DNA from: Nostoc sp.
GTDB lineage: Bacteria; Cyanobacteriota; Cyanobacteriia; Cyanobacteriales; Nostocaceae
DNA length: 64,000 nt
NCBI RefSeq assembly: GCF_036917655.1
Contig: NZ_JBALCY010000076.1
Location: 105,464-169,463 of the forward strand
Direction: 5' to 3'
The notes beneath the pieces are model-generated. The model was not told the origin of the DNA, did no database searches, and saw only the letters and a list, made by a program, of their open reading frames with translations. Below are positions 20,516 through 31,043 of the stretch, in pieces. Positions within the stretch are counted from its first letter, which is position 1. Each line of letters opens with the position of its first letter. Made by a program: the position numbers and the translations under genes.

Positions 20516-22582
20516 TTATCCTCTATTTTGACTTTGCTGCACTTGCTGTAATAAATGCTCTACATTTTCTGCTGGTGCAAGACACTTCAAACCTTGGCAA
20601 ACTAACCCAACGCTTCCCTCTGGTAAATCAGATGTTACGGCAAACACAGCTGCTGGCAGAAACTTGGGGATCAAAGCGTTTATTTGCTCACTTGTGCTGC
20701 GAATCAAGGTAGAGTTACGATACCAATCTAAAGCTGTAAATAAACTGGGACAAGCTTGGGGAGCGCTATGCATGACACTCCTAAAAGCTTTCAAACCAAG
20801 TTCCGCTAAATCCAAATAATCTAGATTATCGGTGAGTAGGGCCAGACGGACAAGGTTAGCGATCGCAATTCCATTAGCTGATGGTGTAGCATTATCCGCG
20901 TAACTGCGCTCTCTGACAATTAAATCTTGACTAGAATCACTAGATGTGTTATAATAACCACCTAACTCGACACTCCAGAGAAATTCGTTGAATTCATCTT
21001 GGATAGCGATCGCTTTTTCTAACCATTGCTTCTGCTCAGGGTTGGAACCTTGTAAATCCAAGAGAGCTTTAATAAAAAAAGCGTAATCTTCAGACTGCGC
21101 TAAAACGGTCGGTTCTCCTTGATAGTTGAGTCGGTGGAAACGCCCATCCACAAACTGATTTTCCCAGATAAAATTCGCCGCTCGTGCTGCTAATTCCCGA
21201 TATAACGGTTCTTGGAAAACCCCAGCAGCCCTAGCCAGCCCAGAAATCATCAAGCTATTCCAAGCGACAATCATCTTCGTATCTGTCACCGAGGGAATGC
21301 GACCTGGCCAGTTAGCGGTTTTTGCTTCCTGGTTGTTACGAGCCGGGGGAAAAGTTTCCTCTTCTTCAGAACTAACGCCATAGCGAGCGGTAAACAGCTT
21401 GCTCAGTGCCGTTTCCAGCGTTGCACCCAGTTGCGCTGAATGGCGTCTTTGCAAGACATTACGTCCTTCAAAGTTGCCGTTAGGTGTCACCGTAAACTGT
21501 TCTAATTCCCTTAGTTCTTCAGGTGTTAACAGTTGTTGTAATTCGCTGTAACTCCAGACATAAAAGGCTCCTTCTTCTGGTTCTACTGCCGTGGGTTCAG
21601 TGAAGCTGTCGGCATCTTGAGCCGCATAGAAGTAACCTTCCGGCGCGGTCATTTCCCGCTTGAGCCATTGTACAGTACCAGTAATTGCCCTCTCAAACGC
21701 TGCTTCTTGTATTCCTGTACTCCACAAAGAAGCCAGAAACTCCACAATCTGTCCATTGTCGTAGAGCATCTTTTCAAAGTGCGGTACTGTCCAAGTAGGG
21801 TCAACAGTATAGCGATGAAAACCACCACCCACATGGTCATAAATGCCTCCCAGCGCTAAATCTAGTCCCCGCTGAGTAGAAACTTGGTTGCCATCATACC
21901 GAGATTCAAAATTAAATCGAGTTCCCCGTAATGCTAATTCTGTATAGGGAATCATCGGAAAGCTATTGCCAGATTGCCTAGTAGTAATTACACCTGTGCT
22001 GGTTTCCCAACCTTGGCGGAGTAATTCATGGTCTTCAAGCTCGGTTGTTGTACCGGATTGCAACACCGCAGACGTGAGCAGAGACTCAATAATTAAGGCT
22101 TTGCGTTGCTGTAAGTCTTCTTTTTCTGTATCGTAATAACGGCGAAGCGTTTGCAACACCTGCAAAAATCCCGGACGACCATAGCGCGGGTCTACAGGGA
22201 AATAAGTCCCAGCGTAAAACGGCACTAAATCTTCTGGGGAAAGAAAGATATTCAAAGGCCAACCCCCTTGACCGCTCATCATCTGCAAAGCCTGCATATA
22301 GATGCTATCGAGGTCAGGTCTTTCTTCCCTGTCTACTTTAATGGGAAGATAATTGGCATTCATGTAGTCAGCGATCGCAATATCAGAAAAAGCCTCGCCT
22401 TCCATGACAGTACACCAGTGGCAACTAGAATAGCCAATGGAGAGAAAAATCGGTTTATTTTGCGTCCTTGCAGTTGCAAGTGCTTCGTCACACCAAGGCC
22501 ACCAATCAATCGGGTTTTCGGCGTGTTTGCGGAGATAGAGGCTCTTAGCTTCAGCAAGGCGATTAGTCATGATCAAATGCAA
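20516..22582 (-). CDS. Thioredoxin-domain protein of the DUF255/YyaL (SPATA20-like) family
   Basis: [13 protein letters not shown]...[24 protein letters not shown]-terminal thioredoxin-like domain plus a large alpha/alpha-toroid-like C-terminus. Confidence 0.85.
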   Translation of the reverse strand: MHLIMTNRLAEAKSLYLRKHAENPIDWWPWCDEALATARTQNKPIFLSIGYSSCHWCTVMEGEAFSDIAIADYMNANYLPIKVDREERPDLDSIYMQALQMMSGQGGWPLNIFLSPEDLVPFYAGTYFPVDPRYGRPGFLQVLQTLRRYYDTEKEDLQQRKALIIESLLTSAVLQSGTTTELEDHELLRQGWETSTGVITTRQSGNSFPMIPYTELALRGTRFNFESRYDGNQVSTQRGLDLALGGIYDHVGGGFHRYTVDPTWTVPHFEKMLYDNGQIVEFLASLWSTGIQEAAFERAITGTVQWLKREMTAPEGYFYAAQDADSFTEPTAVEPEEGAFYVWSYSELQQLLTPEELRELEQFTVTPNGNFEGRNVLQRRHSAQLGATLETALSKLFTARYGVSSEEEETFPPARNNQEAKTANWPGRIPSVTDTKMIVAWNSLMISGLARAAGVFQEPLYRELAARAANFIWENQFVDGRFHRLNYQGEPTVLAQSEDYAFFIKALLDLQGSNPEQKQWLEKAIAIQDEFNEFLWSVELGGYYNTSSDSSQDLIVRERSYADNATPSANGIAIANLVRLALLTDNLDYLDLAELGLKAFRSVMHSAPQACPSLFTALDWYRNSTLIRSTSEQINALIPKFLPAAVFAVTSDLPEGSVGLVCQGLKCLAPAENVEHLLQQVQQSQNRG

Positions 22583-23374
22583 ATAGTTGCCTTCTTTGCT
22601 CAGTCTACCCTGTTCCCAGGAGTGTTAGCCTAGACGGCTATGTATATGCAAGAAACCCTCCGAGCGAATTACTTTTTGGGTAGGAGGTAGTAGTGCATGT
22701 CTTTGATATCGCCGACACCTGTACAATTTGTGAAATATTTTTACTGAAAAGATTGCAATAGTAAGCTAACCATATTTGGTGGCGTTTCTCGCACAGGGGA
22801 TGCTGTCTTTGTCTGAATTAAAGTATTTGGGCTAAGTCCTGCTATCAGGTAGAGCAAGAAGGTGATGATGGCGGCTTGTATAAGTTTTTCCAGCATGGCA
22901 CGTCTCTCTCTGAATGGATAGCATTTCAACTACGACTAGTTATTCTAAATACACCTCGTACTCCCGATTTACCGAATCTAACAAAAATAACTTGATGAAT
23001 GCTGAAGGAAATCCTAAAAAAATTTTTAAAATGTTACTGGAAGTTAACATAATTCCCTAAGCAAGTCGGATTTCGGTTATCGGTCTAATCAATACATCGC
23101 CAAGGTTGTGCAGCAAAGTCCGAGATGTAAGATTGGCGACAATTGAAGTTTTTTGATTTATTCTTCCCTAAATCGGGATATTCTCTGAGACAGCTTTTGT
23201 TGCTAAAAAGTGCCCTTGGAGGTTGAATCTATTGCAAAATCACACTTTGCTCCTTTGTTGAATAAGACAGAATAGCCAAGATTGACTTATATCCACCTGG
23301 GAACAGTAGAGATAAACCCCAGTTTCGTGCTGTCACCGATAAAATGTATTTAAAGTAGCCACAAACACGCTTCC

Positions 23375-23983
23375 ATGATTCCTATCGTTATTGAACAATC
23401 GGGTCGAGGTGAACGCGCCTTTGACATCTACTCACGGCTGTTGCGTGAGCGCATCATCTTTTTGGGACAACAAGTTGACAACAACATTGCTAACTTGATT
23501 GTTGCCCAACTGCTGTATTTGGATGCTGAAGACCCGGAGAAGGACATTTATATGTACATCAATTCTCCCGGTGGTTCGGTGACGGCTGGTATGGGCATTT
23601 TTGATACTATGAAACACATTCGCCCTGATGTCTGTACAATTTGTACCGGATTGGCGGCGAGTATGGGCGCTTTTCTCCTCAGTGCTGGTGCTAAGGGTAA
23701 GCGGATGAGTCTACCCCATTCTCGGATTATGATTCATCAACCTCTAGGTGGCGCTCAAGGACAGGCGACTGATATTGAAATTCAGGCGCGGGAAATTTTG
23801 TACCATAAGAAGCGGCTAAATGACTATTTAGCTGACCATACAGGTCAACCAATTGAGCGCATTGCTGAAGATACTGAACGTGACTTCTTTATGTCACCAG
23901 AGGAAGCCAGGGACTACGGTTTGATTGACCAAGTGATTGACCGCCATGCTGCTGGTAGCCGCCCAGCAGTTGCTGTTGTTTAG
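23375..23983 (+). CDS. clpP: ATP-dependent Clp protease proteolytic subunit
   Basis: [19 protein letters not shown], catalytic Ser context [11 protein letters not shown], and His in IMIHQPLGG. Confidence 0.95.
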   Translation: MIPIVIEQSGRGERAFDIYSRLLRERIIFLGQQVDNNIANLIVAQLLYLDAEDPEKDIYMYINSPGGSVTAGMGIFDTMKHIRPDVCTICTGLAASMGAFLLSAGAKGKRMSLPHSRIMIHQPLGGAQGQATDIEIQAREILYHKKRLNDYLADHTGQPIERIAEDTERDFFMSPEEARDYGLIDQVIDRHAAGSRPAVAVV

Positions 23984-24038
23984 TCATTAGTCATTAGTCA
24001 TTAGTCATTAGTCATTAGCAAAAGACTAATGACTAATC
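23981..24038. repeat. TAGTCAT heptamer array with an inverted partner (hairpin between convergent genes)
   Basis: tagtcattagtcattagtcattagtcattagc aaaag actaatgactaatc. Confidence 0.75.
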
Positions 24039-24405
24039 AAAATCCCGCTAACGGGTCTGGCTGAGATTGGAGGTATTGGAGGAATTCGTGTAATTCCTCA
24101 TCGGTCAGCAAAGTACGCGATCGCTTACCATAAGTTTTAATCAGATGATCCCGTCCCTGCTCTGATGTCCAACCTAAGCGCTGCATTTCGACATCAGTTT
24201 TAGTCAGTACTTCAGATATGTCTGAGTATGTAGAAAAATCTTGTAACTCTTCATATTCCGCGTAAAGCTCAGAGTTGTCTTCTGGTATAGGGCGAGATCC
24301 AAGTATCTGAGGAAATCCAGTAATTCTTCCTGGGTAAGCAAAGTGCGAACAGGCTTGGTATAAGTTGTTATGAAATACTGTTCTTCGGCCATTTTTGTCC
24401 ACCAT
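24037..24405 (-). pseudogene. Remnant or chimeric ORF carrying two copies of the C-terminal module of the 24782..25666 protein
   Basis: The C-terminus TDVEMQRLGWTSEQGRDHLIKTYGKRSRTLLTDEELHEFLQYLQSQPDPLAGF is nearly identical to the end of the 294-aa neighbour. A further diverged copy (VEIERLWWTKMAEEQYFITTYTKPVRTLLTQEELLDFLRYL) is encoded in another frame at about 24290..24420. Confidence 0.4.
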
Positions 24406-24462
24406 AACCGTTCGATTTCAACATTACAGCTATTTTCAGGTAATATAGACCACGCGGTAAGG

Positions 24463-24679
24463 GCACAGCATTGCTCATTGGTGTCAACTTAGCGTAAAAA
24501 CCTGCCTAGAACCAGCTTTTAGATTATCTCGTTCCCAGTCGGAGACTGGGAATGCTATTCTAGAGGCTCCGCCTCCCTTGCTGGCGGCAGAGCCGCCAGG
24601 AGGAGCATTTCCAGCCAGAGGCTGGAAACGAGGTTTTAAAAGGGTTTGCGCTTAAGTTGACACCTATGGCAAGATGCCC
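24463..24679. mobile_element. MITE-like element, family B, copy 2
   Basis: Aligns along nearly its whole length with 14921..15140 (ggtgtcaacttagcgtaaaaacctgcct...ggaaacgaggttttaaaagggtttgcgcttaagttgacac). Confidence 0.7.
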
Positions 24680-24781
24680 ACCCCACAAGAATTAGTTGAG
24701 TATTTTTTTATTTGGAAGTCCCTTATTAGTCATTAGTCCTCACAAATGACTAATGACCAATGACTAATGACTAATGACAAA

Positions 24782-25666
24782 TCAAAATCCCGCTATTGGG
24801 TCTGGCTGCGATTGAAGGTATTTGAGGAATCCGTGTAATTGTTCTTCAGTCAGCAAAGTACGCCCCCTTTTACCGTAGGTTTCAATCAGATGCTCCCGTC
24901 CCTGTTCTGGTGTCCAGCCTAAACGCTGAAGTTCGACATCTGTTTTAGCAATGACATCCGATAAATCCACTGGTTCAGCTTTCTTCTTTCTCTTCCCTGT
25001 CACTGACGGGGTGGCGACATCCTCTTGAGGGCTGTAACTCCGAGGTGTAAATGGTGTGACATTATTGGCAGAAATTGCTGGAAAGGTTTGATTTTCCATC
25101 TGGTCACTAGACGTTATTTCCAAGTTTTCAACTGGAGGATCAAATTCTAGCTCCCGGTTAGCAGTCCCAGAAAAGTTTTGACCTAAATCCTGGCTATAGG
25201 TATCGCTTTCTAGAGGCGTAGCATTGCTGTACTCGTACTGTTCATTACTGCTTATTACTACTTCTGGTTTGATATTGCGGACTCTGGAAGGCGGCATAGA
25301 TATTTCTTTGTCACTGACCGGTGGCCATTGACTACCAACAAAATCCTCATCTTTTACAGACGAATAGGCAGATTCATTTAATCCACCTTTGGTATTTAAG
25401 GAAGGGTTTAGCTGCGCGGGGGAAATTGGATTTGAGGTAAATGCCACTGATTCGGGTGGGGCATTTGTAATACCCAAAACTATCAGCGCCCTAGTTCTGG
25501 CTTGGTCTTCTGCTGCTTCTACTGTTTCTGCTGCTGCCATACCCGTAGCACGGGTTACGCCTTCAATTTGCACGCTTGCCCGGACAATATATTTTCCTTG
25601 ATAAATTTGCACTAATTCAGAAATCAGACTGCCCTTGGGATACAAGCTCTGGAATTGAGCCAACAT
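24782..25666 (-). CDS. Conserved hypothetical protein (structured N-terminal domain, Pro/Ser-rich disordered linker, ~50-aa C-terminal module)
   Basis: 294-aa ORF. The antisense ORF is short. Its C-terminal module recurs twice downstream. Confidence 0.65.
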   Translation of the reverse strand: MLAQFQSLYPKGSLISELVQIYQGKYIVRASVQIEGVTRATGMAAAETVEAAEDQARTRALIVLGITNAPPESVAFTSNPISPAQLNPSLNTKGGLNESAYSSVKDEDFVGSQWPPVSDKEISMPPSRVRNIKPEVVISSNEQYEYSNATPLESDTYSQDLGQNFSGTANRELEFDPPVENLEITSSDQMENQTFPAISANNVTPFTPRSYSPQEDVATPSVTGKRKKKAEPVDLSDVIAKTDVELQRLGWTPEQGREHLIETYGKRGRTLLTEEQLHGFLKYLQSQPDPIAGF

Positions 25667-26069
25667 AATACTGCTACCAATCTAAATCTTTTTAATAACG
25701 GGGTCGATACTGCCTGTATGCTCAAGCGAGGTAAACTGCCCTTACTTTAATTTACATCCACTCGATACCCAGGATGCCTATCAATATTGCATTTCTTTAT
25801 TTTTAATTGCTTACCGAAACAGTGCTGAGTCCTAAGTGAGATTCCCCACTTAGGACTCAGCACTGATGGAGCAAGAAAAAGATTTGTGTCTTTGATTGCT
25901 TGCAACGAAACACAAATCTGACTTTTCATGGGATGTGGAAAAGAAAAATAGTTCGCGGCTGTAATTAGCGAACCAACTGTTATGACGTTACGTTGGAAAA
26001 ATATCTCACCATAGAGCCAAAAGGGTCTGAGAGCAACTAAATTTATTTATGGGGATTCCTCCTGCCTGC

Positions 26070-26945
26070 TTAAGGCTGTCTAGCTGGACGATCCACCAGG
26101 CTTTTCAGAACTGTCTCCAGTTCGACTTCGCCCTTGATGGAGCCGGACTCGCCACTCTCGAACTCGATCCAGCCCTCGTTGAAACCATCAAGCATCTGAA
26201 TGCGCGGCTGCGGGTCGGCTGTACCCTGAGACTTAAACAGCGCCTCCCAGGTTTCGCGAGGAACCGCCTCTGCATGGACTGGGTGGCCCAGGAGCTTGGA
26301 AAAGCTATTGGCAATGTGATTCGGCGTCACACGTTGCGGGCCCTCGATCTCGACGATCTGCCGTCCACTCCATGTTTGTTGAAGCAACTCGGATGCGACG
26401 CGACCGATATCCGCCGTAGCAATCATGGGCACCGGTTTGTCCAGAGGTTGCAAGAAGCTTGGGATGATTCCACTCTCCCTAGCTGGTGCTACATCCCAGG
26501 AGCCGTTCTCCATGAACCAGGCGGGACGGAGAAAGGCGATCGGCATCGGCAGATCCCCCAGTACCTGCTCCATGATCTGAAGTTGAGTGAGCAGGTTCGG
26601 CTGGGTTGCCTGCGCCCCAATTGTGGATAGGCAAACGACCTTGCCCGGACGTGCCGCAGCAAGTGCGGTATGCAGGGCGGCGACGATCGCCCGTGTTTCG
26701 GGGAAACCCCGCGATGGCGCGAAGTTCGGCGGCAGCACCACGAAGACACCCTCGGCACCTGCAAAAGCCGCTTTGAGCGCGTCGGCGTCGTTCATGTCCG
26801 CCAGGGCGACTGCACAGCCCTGTTCTGCCCAAGCGGTTCCTTTATTGAAATCGCGCACCACAGCGCGTACAGACTGGTTTTCGGTCAGCAATTTGCGGGC
26901 GACTGCACTGCCGACCTGACCCGTAATTCCCGTAATAGCGTACAT
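26070..26945 (-). CDS. NmrA-family NAD(P)-binding (atypical SDR) protein
   Basis: Rossmann motif MYAITGITGQVGSAVARKLL, 291 aa. The gene is strongly GC-rich compared with its surroundings. Confidence 0.8.
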   Translation of the reverse strand: MYAITGITGQVGSAVARKLLTENQSVRAVVRDFNKGTAWAEQGCAVALADMNDADALKAAFAGAEGVFVVLPPNFAPSRGFPETRAIVAALHTALAAARPGKVVCLSTIGAQATQPNLLTQLQIMEQVLGDLPMPIAFLRPAWFMENGSWDVAPARESGIIPSFLQPLDKPVPMIATADIGRVASELLQQTWSGRQIVEIEGPQRVTPNHIANSFSKLLGHPVHAEAVPRETWEALFKSQGTADPQPRIQMLDGFNEGWIEFESGESGSIKGEVELETVLKSLVDRPARQP

Positions 26946-27884
26946 TTCAATTTCCCTATGAATCGCAAACTACAGATATTCTTTGTACAGCTTTGCATTA
27001 ATAGGAGCGCGAATTTATCGATCATCTGTGCCACTGTAATATCGCGTGCGAGAGGATTGGAAGCAAAATGTCCGCTAACGACTGATTGCTGCGATCGCGA
27101 TAAAATTTCTACCTTCTTCAATGCCTGATTCTGAGCGAAAATTCAGGCTTTGAGGGAGGGATCAAGGTGATATTTTTGCTTTGTGCCGTGTCCCAATTGT
27201 AGCAGTAGCTCTTTTTTGAGGAAATTTTTGGCTAGTGCTAACTTACCTGGGTAGTCTTGCCTACAATGCTATACTAATTACCCAACTCGATATCTAGAAC
27301 TATTTTCTGGAAGTGCGCTCTAAATCTACAATAATGAAGATAAGGTTCGCCCTCACTGCTTATAAAGCTGCTCACCTAATTGTTACCGATTCTACATGTG
27401 GGAAAATTGGGTTCATCGGCAGTTCCTCCTAGTTAAAAATCAGAGTCTAATGGCGTAAAATTACCTTCACTCTAGACAATCAAACACCTGTAGTTTCCCC
27501 TGCATAGCGCTTTTGGGCAGCATGGATTCTCTAAACCAGCTTCTCAAAAACCCGTCGCGTAACTACCTAGCGGGGCTAAATTTTAATCAGGCGTGCAATC
27601 TGAAGTTTGGTTAGGTGAAGAGACTTGAACGCAGGCGAACTCTGAGAGCATCGTGGAGTGAGAAGTTCGTAGACGCCCAGAGTTGTCCGTGGGTCGGCTT
27701 CCTTTGCTCGGAACTGCGGGAGTAGTTTCCCGCTCTTGCTGGGTCGGGCTTCCTTTCCTTAGAACTTAGGAAGTCTTGATTCAGGGCAATTCGTTTCCAG
27801 CTTGTTTCTGTAAGCCGTGAGGGTATACAGGAATGAACCAGATTAAACAAAAAATGATGTTTTGACCAAAGGTCGGTTCACTGC

Positions 27885-30239
27885 ATGGAATTTTCAATCG
27901 CTACACTCCTTGCCAATTTCACCGATGATAAATTGGTAGCTCGGAAAGTTTTAGAAAAGAAACTTGGCTGTGAAGATGAAAAAAGTTTACAAAAACTTCA
28001 CATTGCCTTAGATGTTCTCGAAAAAATCGGTATTTTAGTGAAAGAACGGGGTAAATATCGCCGTGTTTCAGAAGAGGGAATAATCGAGGCAAAACTCCGT
28101 TGTTCAAGTAAAGGCTTTTGCTTTGCTATTCAAGATGTGGAAGGAGCTGAGGATATTTACATCCGCGAAAGTCATTTGAGTAATGCTTGGAATGGCGATC
28201 GCGTTTTGGTCAGAGTTCTCAAAGAAGGCAGTCGCCGTCGCTCTCCCGAAGGAGAGGTGAAGCTGATTCTAGAACGTTCCAACCACACGTTACTGGCACG
28301 AATTAAGCAGGTGGAAAGCGGTTTCCGGGCTGTGCCTTTAGATGATCGATTGCTGTTTGAACTCAAAATCCAACCTAACGGGGCGAAATTGGAACAAGCG
28401 ATCGATCACTTGGTTCATGTGGAAGTCTTACGTTACCCGTTGGCACAATATCCTCCCCTTGGTCGAGTAGTGCAAATCCTCGGCAGCGATGCCGAAGCTG
28501 CTGCTGATATAGATTTAGTTACATGCAAGCACGACCTTTCCCGGACTTTTCCAGATCATGTGCTAGAAGCAGCCGTCAAGTTGCCCAAAAAGCTACTCAA
28601 AGCAGACCTGAAAAATCGCTTAGATTTACGTAATTTGTTTACTCTCACCATTGAAGGGGTAAATGGCGATACCAAAGTTATAGAAAACGCTTTTAGTTTA
28701 GAAAAAAACTTAGCCGGAAACTGGCTTTTGGGCGTTCATATCACTGATGTTTCTCACTATGTCCAACCTGACGAACCCCTAGATAGAGAAGCACTTAAAC
28801 GGGGCAAATCAGTGTATCTGGGAGAATTAGTGCTGCCAATGTTGCCAGCAATTGTGGCAGAACGCTGTTCTTTAGTACCTGGGAGCGATCGCTTAACTAT
28901 CTCTTTTTTAATTACAATCGATCCCCAATCTGGACAAGTGCTGGAGTGGGAAATTCAACCCAGTGTAATCAACGTAGAGGCTGCACTAAGTACCGAACTT
29001 GCCCAAGCAATTCTCACAGGTGAAGCTCAAGATCAATCTCCACAGGTTTCCCAGATCCTCCAAGACCTCCAAGCCTTGCAAACAGCTGTGAAACAGGTAC
29101 GGTTAACTCGTGGTAGCCTCCAGTTGAATCTGCCACCAAGTCAAAACGCCTACTATGATGAGGGAATTCTAGGGGCTGTGGTGGTGAATGATTTACCAGT
29201 GCGATCGCTACTCACGGAATTGGTGCTGCTAGTTAATCAACTGGTAGCAACTCACTTAAATGCCCTTGGTGTTCCCGCCATTTGGCGAGTCCAAGGCACA
29301 CCCGATGTTGAAGATGTGCAGGAAATGCTGAAATTGGCAATCAATTTAGGCGTTGACCTCACACTAGATCCCGAAGTGGATATCCAACCCTTAGATTATC
29401 AGCATTTGACCACAGCTTTTGCCGAATCACCCTCTGAGCAAGTTCTTACCTATTTATTACAAGATACACTTAAGCCGTCTGCGTACAGCACCACCAAAGG
29501 ATCTCACTTTGGTCTGGCACTACCGCAATATATCCACTTTAGTGCCCCCTTGCGACGTTACCCAGATTTGCTCATGCAGAGAGTGTATTACACGCTACTC
29601 GAAAACGGACGCGATCGCCGCAATACCCGTGTCAGAGAGCGCGTTAACCTGCGCCACTCCTCCAGCCATGAGGAAATTAACTGGAACGTTTTACCCCCAG
29701 AATTGCAACAAGAACTCCAAAGCGATTTGACTAGGATAATTGTCCAAATCAACGACCGAGAAAAAGAAGTCCAAGAAGCTGAAGCCGATTTAGCCGGACT
29801 GCAAAAAGCCCAACTGATGAAGCAGCGCATCGGTCAGGTATTTCAAGGTGTGATTACTGGTGTTCAATCCTACGGTTTCTTTGTGGAAATTGAAGTACCA
29901 GCAGCTGAGGTGGAGTCCAGCAGTAATCCTGGTGTGCCTTTAAGAGTGGAAGGATTGGTACACGTCAGTTCTCTCAAAGATGATTGGTACGAATATCGCG
30001 CCAGACAGCAAGCACTGTTTGGTCGCAAAAATCGCGCTTCTTATAGACTAGGCGATCGCGTCGCCGTGCAAGTTAAAAGTGTCGATTACTACCGTCAGCA
30101 AATTGATTTGGTAACAGTCGGCAGCGATGGTGTAGCCAAAGGTTTAACTGGCAGTGCTTCCAATGAGGAGCTTTCAGACCTCTACTTACCAAATGACATT
30201 GATTCTGATGACCTAGACCCTTACTCTGAGGATGAGTAA
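27885..30239 (+). CDS. rnr: Ribonuclease R (RNB family 3'-5' exoribonuclease with C-terminal S1 domain)
   Basis: 784 aa. RNB catalytic-region motifs (HITDVSHYV, YLGELVLPMLP, HFGLALPQYIHFSAPLRRYPDL) and S1-like GQVFQGVITGVQSYGFFVEI. Confidence 0.9.
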   Translation: MEFSIATLLANFTDDKLVARKVLEKKLGCEDEKSLQKLHIALDVLEKIGILVKERGKYRRVSEEGIIEAKLRCSSKGFCFAIQDVEGAEDIYIRESHLSNAWNGDRVLVRVLKEGSRRRSPEGEVKLILERSNHTLLARIKQVESGFRAVPLDDRLLFELKIQPNGAKLEQAIDHLVHVEVLRYPLAQYPPLGRVVQILGSDAEAAADIDLVTCKHDLSRTFPDHVLEAAVKLPKKLLKADLKNRLDLRNLFTLTIEGVNGDTKVIENAFSLEKNLAGNWLLGVHITDVSHYVQPDEPLDREALKRGKSVYLGELVLPMLPAIVAERCSLVPGSDRLTISFLITIDPQSGQVLEWEIQPSVINVEAALSTELAQAILTGEAQDQSPQVSQILQDLQALQTAVKQVRLTRGSLQLNLPPSQNAYYDEGILGAVVVNDLPVRSLLTELVLLVNQLVATHLNALGVPAIWRVQGTPDVEDVQEMLKLAINLGVDLTLDPEVDIQPLDYQHLTTAFAESPSEQVLTYLLQDTLKPSAYSTTKGSHFGLALPQYIHFSAPLRRYPDLLMQRVYYTLLENGRDRRNTRVRERVNLRHSSSHEEINWNVLPPELQQELQSDLTRIIVQINDREKEVQEAEADLAGLQKAQLMKQRIGQVFQGVITGVQSYGFFVEIEVPAAEVESSSNPGVPLRVEGLVHVSSLKDDWYEYRARQQALFGRKNRASYRLGDRVAVQVKSVDYYRQQIDLVTVGSDGVAKGLTGSASNEELSDLYLPNDIDSDDLDPYSEDE

Positions 30240-30256
30240 AATACACTCAAACTTAC

Positions 30257-30877
30257 GTGTCAAATAACACTAAGCCTTTAATCTTAGGCGTATCGGGCGC
30301 ATCTGGTCTGATTTACGCTGTTCGCGCGATCAAATTTTTGCTAGAAGCGGAGTATAGTATTGAATTGGTTGCCTCTAAATCAACTTACATGGTTTGGCAG
30401 TCAGAACAGGAAATTCGGATGCCACCAGAACCAACCGGGCAAGAACAATTCTGGCGAGAGCAGGCTGGAGTTGCACTTTCCGGGAAACTCCGCTGTCATC
30501 CTTGGAGTGATGTTGGAGCCGGGATTGCCAGTGGTTCCTTTGCCACTCTGGGGATGATGATCATTCCATGCAGCATGAGCACAGTGGCAAAGCTAGCGGT
30601 TGGCTTAAGTTCCGATTTACTAGAACGCGCAGCGGATGTCCAACTCAAAGAAGGGCGAAAGCTGGTCATCGTCCCACGTGAAACACCTTTTAGCCTCATC
30701 CACCTCCGTAACTTAACCTCATTAGCAGAAGTTGGAGTTAGAATTGTCCCCGCTATTCCCGCCTGGTATCACAATCCCCAAACTATCGAGGATTTAGTTG
30801 ATTTTGTAGTTGCCCGTGCTTTAGATCAACTAGATATTGACTGCATCCCAATTCAGAGGTGGCAAGGTCGTCGCTAA
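30257..30877 (+). CDS. ubiX: Flavin prenyltransferase UbiX
   Basis: GTG start. LILGVSGASGLIYAVRAIKFLL ... IIPCSMSTVAKLA ... VIVPRETP motifs. Confidence 0.85.
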   Translation: MSNNTKPLILGVSGASGLIYAVRAIKFLLEAEYSIELVASKSTYMVWQSEQEIRMPPEPTGQEQFWREQAGVALSGKLRCHPWSDVGAGIASGSFATLGMMIIPCSMSTVAKLAVGLSSDLLERAADVQLKEGRKLVIVPRETPFSLIHLRNLTSLAEVGVRIVPAIPAWYHNPQTIEDLVDFVVARALDQLDIDCIPIQRWQGRR

Positions 30878-30993
30878 TGCCCTTAGCGGATTTATCGTAA
30901 ATTTCACAATAGTCCTAAAAGGGTAATGATAGAGATGGCTGATAGTGTCAGTAGTCAGTGAACAGTAATTAGTGAAGAGTAATCAGACTGACC

Positions 30994-31036
30994 ACTGACA
31001 ACTGACAACTGACAACTGACAACTGACAACTGACAA
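30994..31036. repeat. CTGACAA heptamer tandem array (about 6 copies)
   Basis: cactgacaactgacaactgacaactgacaactgacaactgacaa. Confidence 0.8.
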
Positions 31037-31043
31037 AATTGCT

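Noticed and set aside
22741-22929. 62-aa ORF with one hydrophobic helix in the long intergenic region upstream of clpP
   Set aside because: It could be a small membrane protein, but no supporting motif, ribosome-binding-site judgement or conservation can be established from the sequence alone.
23981-24781. The heptamer arrays here and elsewhere as possible CRISPR arrays
   Set aside because: The period is 7 bp with no unique spacers, and no cas genes are present. They are STRR-type microsatellites.
26049-27128. Multiple 70-190-aa ORFs in five other frames (for example 26049..26630 and 26670..27128)
   Set aside because: All of them overlap the NmrA-family gene in a GC-rich segment. Their Arg/Pro/Gly/Cys-rich composition and lack of motifs are what stop-codon-poor DNA is expected to produce.
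27611-27850. 79-aa minus-strand ORF as a protein-coding gene
   Set aside because: It has no plausible start context, a Ser/Arg-rich low-complexity translation, and it spans tandem duplicated units. It is treated as non-coding instead.
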